NCBI GenBank assembly: GCA_963804125.1
Contig: CAWDPF010000012.1
Location: forward strand, 11,732-75,731
Length of the DNA stretch: 64,000 nt
Source of the DNA: an uncultured Gemmatimonadales bacterium
Lineage (GTDB): Bacteria; Gemmatimonadota; Gemmatimonadetes; Gemmatimonadales; GWC2-71-9
Direction of reading: 5' to 3'
A program made the translations under genes and the position numbers. The notes below the pieces were generated by a model. It was not told where the DNA came from. It was given only the letters and a program-made list of their open reading frames with translations, and ran no database searches. How positions within the stretch are numbered: position 1 is the first letter of the stretch; each line of letters begins with the position of its first letter. Shown piece by piece: positions 52,623 to 61,719 of the stretch.

Positions 52623-53086
52623 ATGGGTTCTCGGACGCGGTACGTTCAGTTCGTGATCTCCGCACTCCTCCTGGTCGTTGGCACTAACAGCGCCGTGTCC
52701 CAGCAGCCGGCGGATTCGGGCGCGAGCGCCGCGACGGCGGTCGTTGAGGGCTACCTCGCCGCCTACAACCGCCATGATGCGCCGGGCCTCCGCCGCTGGC
52801 TGGCCGATACCTTGTGCTCGGCGGGGTGCCCGCCGGGCCGTCGGATGAGTGGCTCATCCCAGGCACCTTGGTGCGCCGCCTTCAGGGGGTATTCGAGCAC
52901 TCGCCCGACCTGCGGGCCCACCTGCTGGGGCGGCTCAGCCAAGGTGGCGATGTCGTGGACCGCTATAGGATCACATTCGGGAAGAAGACCGTGTTCGAGT
53001 TGTTCATCTATCGTGTCAAGGCAGGCCGTATCACGGGGATGTGGGAGTTTCGCGCGGACTCCGCTGCGGTCACCAAGAAGGGGTAG
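52623..53086 (+). CDS. Secreted NTF2/SnoaL-like protein (frameshift near 52815)
   Basis: VVEGYLAAYNRHD; IYRVKAGRI. Confidence 0.7.
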
Positions 53087-53115
53087 ATTTCGGCGGCGCG
53101 CCGCATAATCAGCAA

Positions 53116-53427
53116 ATGCAGCCGACAGACGAGCATCTCGCGATCGTCAGCTGGCTTCGCTTGGATAAGGAAGGCAGGCCTGACTTGCCGCACGCCTTGC
53201 GGTACACCGGCATCAGCCGGTTCGATACCGATGGCGCAGAGTGGCCGGACGGAGCATACAGCGTGGTCTGTGCGTTCGCGGAGCCCTTGTCGGAACATGG
53301 AAGTCCGATTGAGGCGAAAGTCAAATTCCTCGTTGACAACGCCCCGCACGAGCGCTTAGCCGCGGGAGTAAAGTTTCGCCTGTATGAGGGGCCACATGAA
53401 GTCGCCCGGGTCGAGGTCCTTTGGTGA
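53116..53427 (+). CDS. Hypothetical protein (EF-Tu C-terminal-like beta fold possible)
   Basis: ORF ending FLVDNAPHERLAAGVKFRLYEGPHEVARVEVL; ATG lies in an attC L'' box. Confidence 0.6.
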   Translation: MQPTDEHLAIVSWLRLDKEGRPDLPHALRYTGISRFDTDGAEWPDGAYSVVCAFAEPLSEHGSPIEAKVKFLVDNAPHERLAAGVKFRLYEGPHEVARVEVLW

Positions 53428-53515
53428 GCGGCCGTAGGTCTTCACCAGTCGTTGCAGCCGATTACCATTTCCTTAGACATGCAGGCCACTGGCATCTGAG
53501 TCATACGGAGGGCGC

Positions 53516-53737
53516 ATGCCCGACGTGTCGCACCCGTTGCGGCGCTCCAGGACAAATCGACAGATCGCCGGAGTTGTCGGCGGCCTCGCCGAATACTTCC
53601 GGGTAGACGCTACGTTGCTGCGTGTTATCTACGTCGTGGGCTCGATCGTCTCAGCGGCGTTCCCAGGCGTGCTTGTCTACCTCTTGCTCTGGCTACTGAT
53701 ACCGGAGGCTGAGGGTACAGCGGGGCCTGACGCCTGA
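53516..53737 (+). CDS. pspC: PspC domain protein
   Basis: LRRSRTNRQIAGVVGGLAEYF...YLLLWLLIP. Confidence 0.9.
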   Translation: MPDVSHPLRRSRTNRQIAGVVGGLAEYFRVDATLLRVIYVVGSIVSAAFPGVLVYLLLWLLIPEAEGTAGPDA

Positions 53738-53855
53738 CCCTGAATGCACGTCAAGCGCGGATACGGCGACGCGCCTGAGCTAACCACCTCCCAGCGGGTC
53801 TGTCGACCATGAGGTTGTAAGCGGTCGTTTGCAGCCGATTGGCATTTCGTTAGGC
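53732..53855 (+). repeat. attC site (partly diverged)
   Basis: GCCTGAC...TGCAGCCGATTGGCATTTC-GTTAGGC. Confidence 0.8.
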
Positions 53856-53958
53856 GGACGTCACATTGATCGGAGACGGTTGAGTCTGCTCCACCAGCAG
53901 GTCGGGCGAGGACGCCCGCTAGGTGCTTCGCCGCCTCCATGAGAGGAGAAGTGGCATC

Positions 53959-54330
53959 ATGGAATGCCCGAAGTGTCAGGCACACATGGAAGTGGTGCGG
54001 TTCGAAGCGACCGATGTGGATCGCTGTGTGCGCTGCGGCGGTCTGTGGTTTGACCGCTCGGAAGCGGAGGAGCTGCGCGGCCGGGCCGGTTCCGAGGTGA
54101 TCGATAGCGGGCCCGCATGGCAGGCTCCAATGCACAACGAGCAAGGGAAAGTGCTTTGCCCCGTGGATGGGACGCTGATGGTCCGGATGGTCGACCCGGC
54201 TTACCCGCAGTTCTGGCTGGAGTCCTGCCCGAAGTGCCAGGGCAACTTTTTCGATGCGGGTGAGTTCACAGACTTCAAGGAGCACGAGGTCGGCGAGTTC
54301 CTCCGGCGCCGGAGCGGGCGCGCATCGTAG
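53959..54330 (+). CDS. Tandem zf-TFIIB-like zinc ribbon protein
   Basis: CPKC...CVRCGGLWFD; CPVD...CPKCQGNFFDAGE. Confidence 0.85.
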   Translation: MECPKCQAHMEVVRFEATDVDRCVRCGGLWFDRSEAEELRGRAGSEVIDSGPAWQAPMHNEQGKVLCPVDGTLMVRMVDPAYPQFWLESCPKCQGNFFDAGEFTDFKEHEVGEFLRRRSGRAS

Positions 54331-54390
54331 GTGGGAGGCGGACAGCTCCAGCTGCTTGCATGGATTTACCGCGGATCAATTGGAGACCAA

Positions 54391-54651
54391 GTGACCGAGC
54401 GCTCATGGGTCGGTGCCGACGGTCGGACGTGGAGGTTTCGGCCTCGCCCGGACGTCCGGAAGGATGAGACGGAAACGCATGTGGTCCTGCTGATGGAGTC
54501 ATTGGGGGAGACCAGGATTGTCTCATGCCTGCGCGAAGAGTGGGAGAGGGCCGACCCCGACTGGGCCGCCCTAGTCGCCCGATCGCTGCCCGAGGGTGGT
54601 TCACGCAGCATCGGCCCGTCGCGCGCACGTTCGGGCCCGCAGTCGTTCTGA
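54391..54651 (+). CDS. Hypothetical protein
   Basis: GGAG RBS and GTG start; ORF 54331..54651. Confidence 0.55.
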   Translation: MTERSWVGADGRTWRFRPRPDVRKDETETHVVLLMESLGETRIVSCLREEWERADPDWAALVARSLPEGGSRSIGPSRARSGPQSF

Positions 54652-54679
54652 CGAGCATTTTCAGGCGCCTGGATCGTGG

Positions 54680-55513
54680 ATGATCGCCTCTGAGAAGCCC
54701 CGAGGGGGCCGACATCTGGACCCTGCGAGCCTGCTCACCGATGCGCGAGTACGCGCGGTACCCTGGCACGATCTCGTGCCCTTGCGCCCGGCCGAGCGCC
54801 TGCAGGAGCTGTTCCTTCCCGTGCCCTGGCTCCTGGTTGCGCTCCTAGCTGCCCATTACGGCGCATGGATCCTCGCCCTCCTGGGGTCCTTTTACTTCTT
54901 TCTCACCGGCCTCCGGCTGGTCCATGATACCTTCCACGGCAATCTCGGGCTCCGAGCCAGGGTCAATGATGTGATCCTGCTGGTGTTGAGCGCACTGATG
55001 CTGGGCTCGATGCACGCCGTGCGCCTCACACACCTGCAGCATCACCGCGAGTGTCTGGGAGCCAATGACGTGGAGGGCGCCTCGGCTCGGCGGAGCGCGG
55101 CCGGCGCTTTGCTCTGGGGTATCATCTTCCCCGTCCAGCTGCACCTCGCTGCCCTGCGGCTAGCAAGCCCGCGCCAGGTGCGATGGATTCTCGCGGAGCT
55201 CGCGCTGACCTGTGGGTGGATCGCAGTGGTAGTTACCTCGGAGTACCGTCTCGTCTGGTACCATGTCGCCACAATGGCGTTAGGGCAAACGCTCACGGGG
55301 TTCTTCGCGGTATGGACGGTCCATCATGACTGCGATCGATGGCAGCAGATCGCCCGCACGCTGCGACACCGGTTGAAGAGCGCTGTCGCCTGCAACATGT
55401 TCTATCATCTCGAGCATCATCTCTACCCCCGGGTGCCGACGTGCCACCTGCCCACGCTCGCTGAGCGGCTCGACGAGACAGTGCCCGAGCTTGCCCATAA
55501 GCAGGTGTTCTAA
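54680..55513 (+). CDS. Fatty acid desaturase family protein
   Basis: His boxes HDTFH, HLQHH, HLEHH. Confidence 0.88.
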   Translation: MIASEKPRGGRHLDPASLLTDARVRAVPWHDLVPLRPAERLQELFLPVPWLLVALLAAHYGAWILALLGSFYFFLTGLRLVHDTFHGNLGLRARVNDVILLVLSALMLGSMHAVRLTHLQHHRECLGANDVEGASARRSAAGALLWGIIFPVQLHLAALRLASPRQVRWILAELALTCGWIAVVVTSEYRLVWYHVATMALGQTLTGFFAVWTVHHDCDRWQQIARTLRHRLKSAVACNMFYHLEHHLYPRVPTCHLPTLAERLDETVPELAHKQVF

Positions 55514-55525
55514 CGTGCGCTGTGA

Positions 55526-55560
55526 GGCCTAACCCGCCAAGGCAGCCGACCGACCATCCA
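55526..55560 (+). repeat. attC left-half remnant
   Basis: GCCTAACCCGCCAAGGCAGCCGAC. Confidence 0.65.
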
Positions 55561-55677
55561 GAATCGGCCAGCCGTGTCGGGGGAGTCTTTCGTTCGCTTA
55601 TCGTTGGTATAGGTTGAAGTCGAGAGTCGTATCTCCTACTCCCCATGGCGCGCCAGTTGTTCTGGCCTGGAGTCCCT

Positions 55678-55881
55678 ATGTCCGTCGCCAAGATCACCGA
55701 GATCCAATCCTCTTCGACCAAGAGCTTCGAGGACGCGATTCAGAAGGGTATTGCCCGGGCCGATAAGACCCTTCGCAACCTCAGCGGTGCATGGATCAAG
55801 AGTCAGAAGGTCGTGATCGAGAAAGGGAAGATCACGGAATATCGGGTGCTGTTGAAGGTCACCTTCGTCTTGCAGGACTAG
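55678..55881 (+). CDS. Dodecin family flavin-binding protein
   Basis: SVAKITEI.SSS.KSFEDAI...YRVLLKVTF. Confidence 0.9.
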   Translation: MSVAKITEIQSSSTKSFEDAIQKGIARADKTLRNLSGAWIKSQKVVIEKGKITEYRVLLKVTFVLQD

Positions 55882-55917
55882 CGCTTACCGCCAAGTTCCC
55901 GGGTCGTGAGCGCCTCC

Positions 55918-56325
55918 ATGGATCTCGAACGCGAGCGCAAGCGCCTGCTCCAGCGGGATGCCGAGTGGGCCGCTCTGTCGTCAAGCGGCCAGGACGTCGA
56001 CCGTATCCTTTCCTTCTGGACCGAGGACGCCCGCGTGTTTGCGCCAGGAATGCCCGCGTTCAGCGGAAAGGCGGCGCTTCGAAGCTACGTCGAGGGCGCC
56101 TTGGCCATCCCCGGCTTTCACATCACTTGGACCACGTCGGAGGCGAGCCTCTCGCCGGACGGCCAGCTGGCGTATCTGCTGAGCACAAACAGCGTCACGA
56201 TGGCAGGGCCGGACGGCCAGCCAGTGACGACCCGTGGTCGCGCGGTAACCGTGTGGCGCCGAGAGGCGGACGGCAACTGGCGGTGCGCAGTAGACATCTG
56301 GAACGATGAACCGGTCGGGCGCTGA
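55918..56325 (+). CDS. DUF4440/SnoaL-like protein
   Basis: VTVWRREADGNWRCAVDIWN. Confidence 0.8.
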   Translation: MDLERERKRLLQRDAEWAALSSSGQDVDRILSFWTEDARVFAPGMPAFSGKAALRSYVEGALAIPGFHITWTTSEASLSPDGQLAYLLSTNSVTMAGPDGQPVTTRGRAVTVWRREADGNWRCAVDIWNDEPVGR

Positions 56326-56737
56326 GGCTGGGCGCGCCCCAACGCCTTCCACACGGGTGCTTCGTACCCTCGGCGCTGTTTTCGGGGGCTACCTCATCTT
56401 CGCCCTCTCAGCCGTAGTCCTATACAAGGTGACCGGCCGCGACCCTCATGCTCCGCAACCACTCTGGTTCATGGTGGCATCAGTCGCTTACGGCATGGGG
56501 TTCGCGGGGCTGGGCGGATTCGTCGCAGCCCGGCTTGCCCCGACACGATCTCTGCTGCATGCGGGTAGCGTGGGTGTCGTCCTGGCATTGGGCGCCGGCG
56601 TTTCACTCGTCGCCAGCCCTGGTGGAAGCGCGACGTGGTCACAATGGGCAGCGCTCGCCCTGATGGCCCCGAGTGCCTACGTCGGTGGGTACCTCGCGTC
56701 GCGCTCCTTGGCGGGCACCCAAGGGAGATCGCCATGA
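56306..56737 (+). CDS. Hypothetical membrane protein
   Basis: About 4 hydrophobic segments. Confidence 0.7.
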   Translation: MNRSGAEAGRAPTPSTRVLRTLGAVFGGYLIFALSAVVLYKVTGRDPHAPQPLWFMVASVAYGMGFAGLGGFVAARLAPTRSLLHAGSVGVVLALGAGVSLVASPGGSATWSQWAALALMAPSAYVGGYLASRSLAGTQGRSP

Positions 56738-57057
56738 GGCCGAAAAACCTCTATCTGGGGCTTTGCCTGCTCGGCACCGTGCTTCCGTACTCGCAGTTTG
56801 TTCCTTTCCTGCGCGAGAATGGGTTGGACGGGCGAGCGTTCCTCGCCCAGTTGTTTGCGACCCATATCGGGGCCTTCTTCGGCTGGGACGTGATCGTCTC
56901 CTCGGTTGTTCTCTGGGTCATGGTCAGCGTAGAGGGCCGGCGCGCTGGCGTGGGCCATCGGTGGGTTCCGATCGTGGCCAACCTGGTGGTGGGCGTGTCG
57001 CTGGCGCTGCCGCTGTTTCTCTACATGCGGGAAGCACAGCGCGAGCTGGCGGTCTGA
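56734..57057 (+). CDS. DUF2834-like membrane protein
   Basis: FFGWDVIVSS...VGVSLALPLFLYMRE. Confidence 0.8.
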   Translation: MRPKNLYLGLCLLGTVLPYSQFVPFLRENGLDGRAFLAQLFATHIGAFFGWDVIVSSVVLWVMVSVEGRRAGVGHRWVPIVANLVVGVSLALPLFLYMREAQRELAV

Positions 57058-57132
57058 CGGGGCAACGCGGGCGGATCGGGTGCCACCCACTCCCGAGCGT
57101 CCCGGCGGCGGCACCAGGCCATCGGGGGAACA

Positions 57133-57618
57133 ATGCAGCCGACCATCTATCAGTTCGTCGTGGGCGGGGCGATGCTGGCCAATGCCATCATCGGTCACTT
57201 CCTGTATCGGGCCGCCTTTAGTGATGCCGGCCATGAACCCGTACTTGCCGCCACCGCCCTGGCGGTCGGCGTCGCCGGCATAGCCGTCCAGATCCTCGTG
57301 AAGCCCGTCTCCTGGGCGCTGGATCTTGCGCGGGGAGCAGCCGTTGGCATGCTGCTGGGCCTGGTGGCCATCGGCCTGCTCGCCTTCGTGGCGGCCAACT
57401 TCGAAAGCGGACTCTCTCGGGATGGGCTCGGAAGCGTGGTGGCGCTGATGCTTGGCCTGCTCGTCGCTCAACTGGCTATTCTCTTCGGGAGCGCACGCAT
57501 CGAAGGTCTCGACGTCGGAGGTTCAGCTGCTTCCATAGCCCGCGGTGCGTTCCAGTTCTGGTTGGTCGTACTCGGCGTCTCTTTCGGCGCTCAGATCCTC
57601 GAAAGCTTTCTGCCGTAG
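57133..57618 (+). CDS. Hypothetical membrane protein
   Basis: Hydrophobic ORF; start lies in an attC-like ATGCAGCCGAC. Confidence 0.65.
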   Translation: MQPTIYQFVVGGAMLANAIIGHFLYRAAFSDAGHEPVLAATALAVGVAGIAVQILVKPVSWALDLARGAAVGMLLGLVAIGLLAFVAANFESGLSRDGLGSVVALMLGLLVAQLAILFGSARIEGLDVGGSAASIARGAFQFWLVVLGVSFGAQILESFLP

Positions 57619-57671
57619 CTGAGCCTCCGACCTTTGCCCCGGCAGCCGCCTAAGCCGCGAGGAAGGATCGC

Positions 57672-58076
57672 ATGTCGAACGTGGCATCACCGGCGCTCAC
57701 GCCGGAACAGTGGGAGGCGCGGGACTATCGTCAAGTCGCCCGAGAGCTCGACAGCTGGGCCAAGAGCCAGGACGGCTCGGCCGAGGATGACACGACCGAA
57801 TACGTTGCCAAGCTGGGCCTCAGTGGGAGCGGCTCGGTGATCGTGATGAATCGGGCTCACGACCGTGTCCTGGTCCCACCGCCGGCGCGGGCACCGTTGG
57901 CAGCGCTCGCCCTGGCCGAGCAGCCCTTTGGATTCACGGCAGCCGACGTCCGGGCCGTGATGCAAGCTGCCGAGCGGGCCGAAGGCGAGGGTGCCGCGGC
58001 CGGACTGCGGGACCTTGGACAGCGGATCCAGTCGCTCCTCCCGTCGGCGCGCAGCCAACACGAGCCTCCAGGGTGA
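57672..58076 (+). CDS. Hypothetical protein
   Basis: AAGGA RBS; 134 aa ORF. Confidence 0.65.
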   Translation: MSNVASPALTPEQWEARDYRQVARELDSWAKSQDGSAEDDTTEYVAKLGLSGSGSVIVMNRAHDRVLVPPPARAPLAALALAEQPFGFTAADVRAVMQAAERAEGEGAAAGLRDLGQRIQSLLPSARSQHEPPG

Positions 58077-58480
58077 TCTTCCGAGCGGTAGCCGTGTGGG
58101 CCTCCCTGCTGATGCTCGCCGTAGTCAATGGCGGGGTGCGGGACACCTGGCTCTCGCCCTGGCTGGGCGACACCCTGGGCCGGGCGCTCAGCACGGTGCT
58201 GCTGTGCGGGCTGATCATCCTCGTGGCCTGGTGGACGACCGGCTGGATCCGACCCGTGACCGCCCGGAAGGCGCTCAGCGTCGGCACGCTGTGGCTCGCC
58301 CTGACGCTGGCCTTCGAGTTCGGAGTCGGGCACTACGGCTTTGGGAAAGCGTGGTCGGAGCTGCTGGCCGATTACGATCTGCGCCACGGGCGCACCTGGA
58401 TCGCCGTTCTGGTGGTCACATTGCTGGCGCCCCTGTGGACGGTGTGGGTCCGGCAGACGCGGGCGCGGCGGGATCCCTAG
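58073..58480 (+). CDS. Hypothetical membrane protein
   Basis: LTLAFEFGVGHY..WSELLADYD motif. Confidence 0.72.
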   Translation: MIFRAVAVWASLLMLAVVNGGVRDTWLSPWLGDTLGRALSTVLLCGLIILVAWWTTGWIRPVTARKALSVGTLWLALTLAFEFGVGHYGFGKAWSELLADYDLRHGRTWIAVLVVTLLAPLWTVWVRQTRARRDP

Positions 58481-58519
58481 GCCGACGATGCCCGACCCTT
58501 CTTGCCTGCGTGAGGGTTA

Positions 58520-58795
58520 ATGGAGTTCCTCATTCCTTTGATGCCCTTCCTGGGAGCGCTGCCCATCGCGGTGGCCGCCATCGTCATCGCCCGGATGTGG
58601 CGCGGGCACCGCGACCGCCCGTTGGCCGACCTCGAGTCCCAGAATGAGCAGTTGCAGGCGGAGATGAACACGATCCGGGAGGAGCTACGCGAAGCGCAGG
58701 AGCGCTTGGACTTCACGGAACGAGTGCTCGCCCAGCAACGTCGTGTCGAGCCCCTTCCACCCGGGGTTGAGCCACGCGCGGACCAGAATGGGTAA
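58520..58795 (+). CDS. TM + coiled-coil protein (PspB-like architecture)
   Basis: N-terminal TM then QERLDFTERVL. Confidence 0.7.
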   Translation: MEFLIPLMPFLGALPIAVAAIVIARMWRGHRDRPLADLESQNEQLQAEMNTIREELREAQERLDFTERVLAQQRRVEPLPPGVEPRADQNG

Positions 58796-58906
58796 GCCGC
58801 GCGGCCGCTGATTGGCCTTCGCTGTGCCATCTGGCGCACAGCTCGCTGCTGGGACAGTCTTCGATGGCGGCAGCAGCCAGGCTGCCCCTTCCCAAGGAGG
58901 TTCCCA

Positions 58907-59140
58907 ATGGCCGCCTGTGAAGTCTGCGGCAACGAGTATTACCTGTCCTTTCAGGTCGTCGCCGCGGGCCAGACGCATACTTTTGACAGCTTCGAATGTG
59001 CCATCCATCGCCTGGCGCCTGTGTGCGATCACTGCGGATGCAAGATTGTAGGGCACGGGATCGAGGCGAACAGGACGTTTTACTGTTGTGCGCACTGCGC
59101 CCGCAAGCAGGGCGTAACGGCCGTCGCGGATCGCGCCTGA
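58907..59140 (+). CDS. Cys-rich metallothionein-like protein
   Basis: CEVC, FDSFECAI, CDHCGC, YCCAHC. Confidence 0.8.
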   Translation: MAACEVCGNEYYLSFQVVAAGQTHTFDSFECAIHRLAPVCDHCGCKIVGHGIEANRTFYCCAHCARKQGVTAVADRA

Positions 59141-59246
59141 GGGATCGTGAGGGGGCCGCACCTGGGAGACCTCCGTTCGGGCTTGAGCGGGATCGTCAGG
59201 TGACGTCCCGACGAGCCGACCTCCACTACGGCATGCCGAGGGGCTG

Positions 59247-59690
59247 ATGCCAGGGGACCATCTGCACCGGCGACGACTGGATGTCGTCTTCGGCCTGTTC
59301 CTCACCAGCGGCGTCATGGTGGGCGCCTACTTCCTGTGGGCCGTCGCCGACTGGATCCACTCCCAGGGCGAAGGGGCCTTCGGCCTCTACTACCTCGGTG
59401 TGCTCTCGTTCGTACCCAGCCTCTTGGCGGGCTTGGCCGGCGGCGCTCACATGCTCATGGCGCCCGGGAATCGCGACGTACGCCTCGGCGTGGTGCTGAC
59501 CGCCGTCCACTTGGCGTGGTGGGTTGTCGTGATCGGCATCGAGCTGTTGCGCGAAGATCCGACGTGGGGCTGGGTGATGAGAATCGTCACGATTGGAGAG
59601 CCCGGCCTCTATGCGGCGGTGGTCACATGGGTGGCCGTCCGCTGGTTCTGGTGGCGGCGAGCTCACGGGGCCGGGCGGACTGCGGCCTGA
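59247..59690 (+). CDS. Hypothetical membrane protein
   Basis: About 4 TM; stop in attC-like GCCTGAC. Confidence 0.65.
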   Translation: MPGDHLHRRRLDVVFGLFLTSGVMVGAYFLWAVADWIHSQGEGAFGLYYLGVLSFVPSLLAGLAGGAHMLMAPGNRDVRLGVVLTAVHLAWWVVVIGIELLREDPTWGWVMRIVTIGEPGLYAAVVTWVAVRWFWWRRAHGAGRTAA

Positions 59691-59731
59691 CCCGCCCATG
59701 CAGCCGACTGAACTATTGCCTCGAGGTCCCA

Positions 59732-60184
59732 ATGGCTCGACGTCGCTTCCTGGCCCGACTCGCAGCTTGGCCACTCGCCGCCTTTCTCCCCGGCGCAGCC
59801 TTCGCATCGGCGCGAGCACTCCCGCTCAAGATCATGATAAAGAGCGCGTGGGGCTCGGACGACCCCACGAAGGCCGCCTTTCCCTTCTCGCATGGTCACG
59901 CGCTGGCCGAGGCCGGGCATGAAGTGCGGATCTTTCTGCTCGGCGAGGCCGTCGTGCTTATGCGCCGCTCCGTGGCCGAGGCCGTGGTGCCGGTCGGCTG
60001 GCCTCCGGTATCAGAGGCTCTCGGCAAGGTGGCGGCACGCAAGATCCCGATCTACGCCTGCGGGACGTGCGCCCGAGCTCGCGGCGTCACGGAGGAGGAC
60101 CTCGCGAACTGGGGTGCCACATTCGGCAGTCCGAAGATCTTCGTGTCACTGGTGGAGTGGGCCGACCGGGTGATCACGGAGTAG
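59732..60184 (+). CDS. DsrE family protein with Tat-like signal
   Basis: MARRRFL; IFLLGEAV; ACGTCARARG. Confidence 0.82.
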   Translation: MARRRFLARLAAWPLAAFLPGAAFASARALPLKIMIKSAWGSDDPTKAAFPFSHGHALAEAGHEVRIFLLGEAVVLMRRSVAEAVVPVGWPPVSEALGKVAARKIPIYACGTCARARGVTEEDLANWGATFGSPKIFVSLVEWADRVITE

Positions 60185-60208
60185 GCCGCCGGCAGACCAG
60201 GATCCCGA

Positions 60209-60379
60209 ATGTTCGAATCAGCGGACGACGACGCAGACGACGCCGAAGTCACTCTCCCGAGCGCGCAACGGGTAGCTCAGCGGGCGCTGGTGCTCGCGAC
60301 CGTCGCTTGCGTAGGCCGTTCGCAGTTTGCTCGACAACTAGCGCACGGGGCGATACCATCTATTCGACCTCAGTATTGA
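60209..60379 (+). pseudogene. Possible truncated DUF4272-like N-terminal remnant
   Basis: acidic run then PSAQRVAQRALVLATVAC, followed by an early stop. Confidence 0.35.
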
Positions 60380-60444
60380 CCTGTGCCCCCGCTGCCGGCG
60401 ACGTCCTCGCTCCAGCCATTCGACGCCCTACCCTCGGAGGTCAC

Positions 60445-61071
60445 ATGCAGGACATCAAGTGCCGCGGCGGCCACCGGCGCCTCGCCTGGACGGCGGTCCA
60501 TTGGGTAGTTGTTCTGTTGACGCCCATCGCCGCACGGCCGGTCCAGGGTCAGACCAAGCCGGAGCCAGACCTGTCGCGGGTCCGATCGGCGCTCGAGAAG
60601 TACAAGGACCCGTACGTCGCCGTCCATGATGGATACTTCTCAACGGTCGGCTGCGTCGAATTCGATCGCCCCGGCGCTGCCGGGCACGTTCCCTACCTGC
60701 CGGGTGGTATGGGGATCCATTTTCTCAATATCGGTCTCGTCGGGCCCGTTCCCGATCCCGCCAAGCCCCCGGTGCTCATTTACGAACCCGACGGCGACAA
60801 GCTGCGGCTGGTTGGCGCCGAGTGGTTCATCCCGTTGTCCACTGGTGTGAAGCAACGACCCACGCTCTGGGGCCGGCCCTTCGACGGTCCGATGACCGGA
60901 CATCCCCCGTTGCTCCCGATGGAGGTGAGTCACTACGACCTTCACGTGTGGCTCTACAAACCGAACCCCTTGGGAACCTTCGCACCGACCAACCCGGACG
61001 TGAAGTGCGCGGGTCACCCGTATCGCCTGGTCGAGGAGGCGCCGGAGCTGGTTCCGGAGCCGAAGCCCTGA
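60445..61071 (+). CDS. Secreted His-containing hypothetical protein
   Basis: GGMGIHFLN, PVLIYEP, HYDLHVW, FAPTNP. Confidence 0.75.
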   Translation: MQDIKCRGGHRRLAWTAVHWVVVLLTPIAARPVQGQTKPEPDLSRVRSALEKYKDPYVAVHDGYFSTVGCVEFDRPGAAGHVPYLPGGMGIHFLNIGLVGPVPDPAKPPVLIYEPDGDKLRLVGAEWFIPLSTGVKQRPTLWGRPFDGPMTGHPPLLPMEVSHYDLHVWLYKPNPLGTFAPTNPDVKCAGHPYRLVEEAPELVPEPKP

Positions 61072-61429
61072 CTCCGCACATGCCAGTACTCCACGTAGCT
61101 GCGGGGCGACTCGTTTGCGACAGGGTGCACGGGAAAGACTGTCGCATCCCAGCGGATTGTGGCCCAGTTTCCCCCTGGTCCGCGTCACCGATCCTGCGTA
61201 GCATCAAGGCACCCCTGATTGCCATCTGTTGGGCGGACCACGACCAGCCCCGAGGTAAGCGTGAAGCGGCTGTCTGCGATGCTCCTTGCTTGGGTCGGTG
61301 GCACGAGCGGGGGGCTTCATGTCCAGACGGGTGATTCCGCCGGCGTCGCCGTTGCGGCCGCCCAGACAGCTTCGGCCGGAGTAGGCGGCATCGCAATGCG
61401 CCGTTCGTTCGACACCGAGAGGAGATAGC

Positions 61430-61711
61430 ATGTCGCCCCGGCCCACGAAGAAGGACGAGCTCCAGGCACTGCCGGGCATCGGGCCCAGCCTTGCCGGTGA
61501 CCTGCGGGCCCTTGGGGTCCGCCGAGCAGCCGATCTCAAGCGTCGCGATCCAGAACGGCTCTATGCCCAACTGAACCGGATCCGCGGCCAGCGCCAGGAC
61601 CCGTGCGTGCTCTATGCGTTCCGTTGCGCGGCCTACTCCGTTCGGACCCCTCGACCCAGGCCAGAGCTGCTCAAGTGGTGGAACTGGAAGGATCGCTCGG
61701 TGCACCGTTGA
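61430..61711 (+). CDS. Helix-hairpin-helix (Cdd1/TfoX-C-like) protein
   Basis: LQALPGIGP...DPCVLYAFRCA...WWNW. Confidence 0.82.
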   Translation: MSPRPTKKDELQALPGIGPSLAGDLRALGVRRAADLKRRDPERLYAQLNRIRGQRQDPCVLYAFRCAAYSVRTPRPRPELLKWWNWKDRSVHR

Positions 61712-61719
61712 GGCCTGAT

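Noticed and set aside
41638-53855. CRISPR array
   Set aside because: The repeats are 124-144 bp imperfect palindromes separated by whole genes, which fits attC sites; no cas genes are present.
59732-60184. DsrE protein as a selenoprotein
   Set aside because: Both CxxC positions are TGC codons and there is no in-frame TGA.
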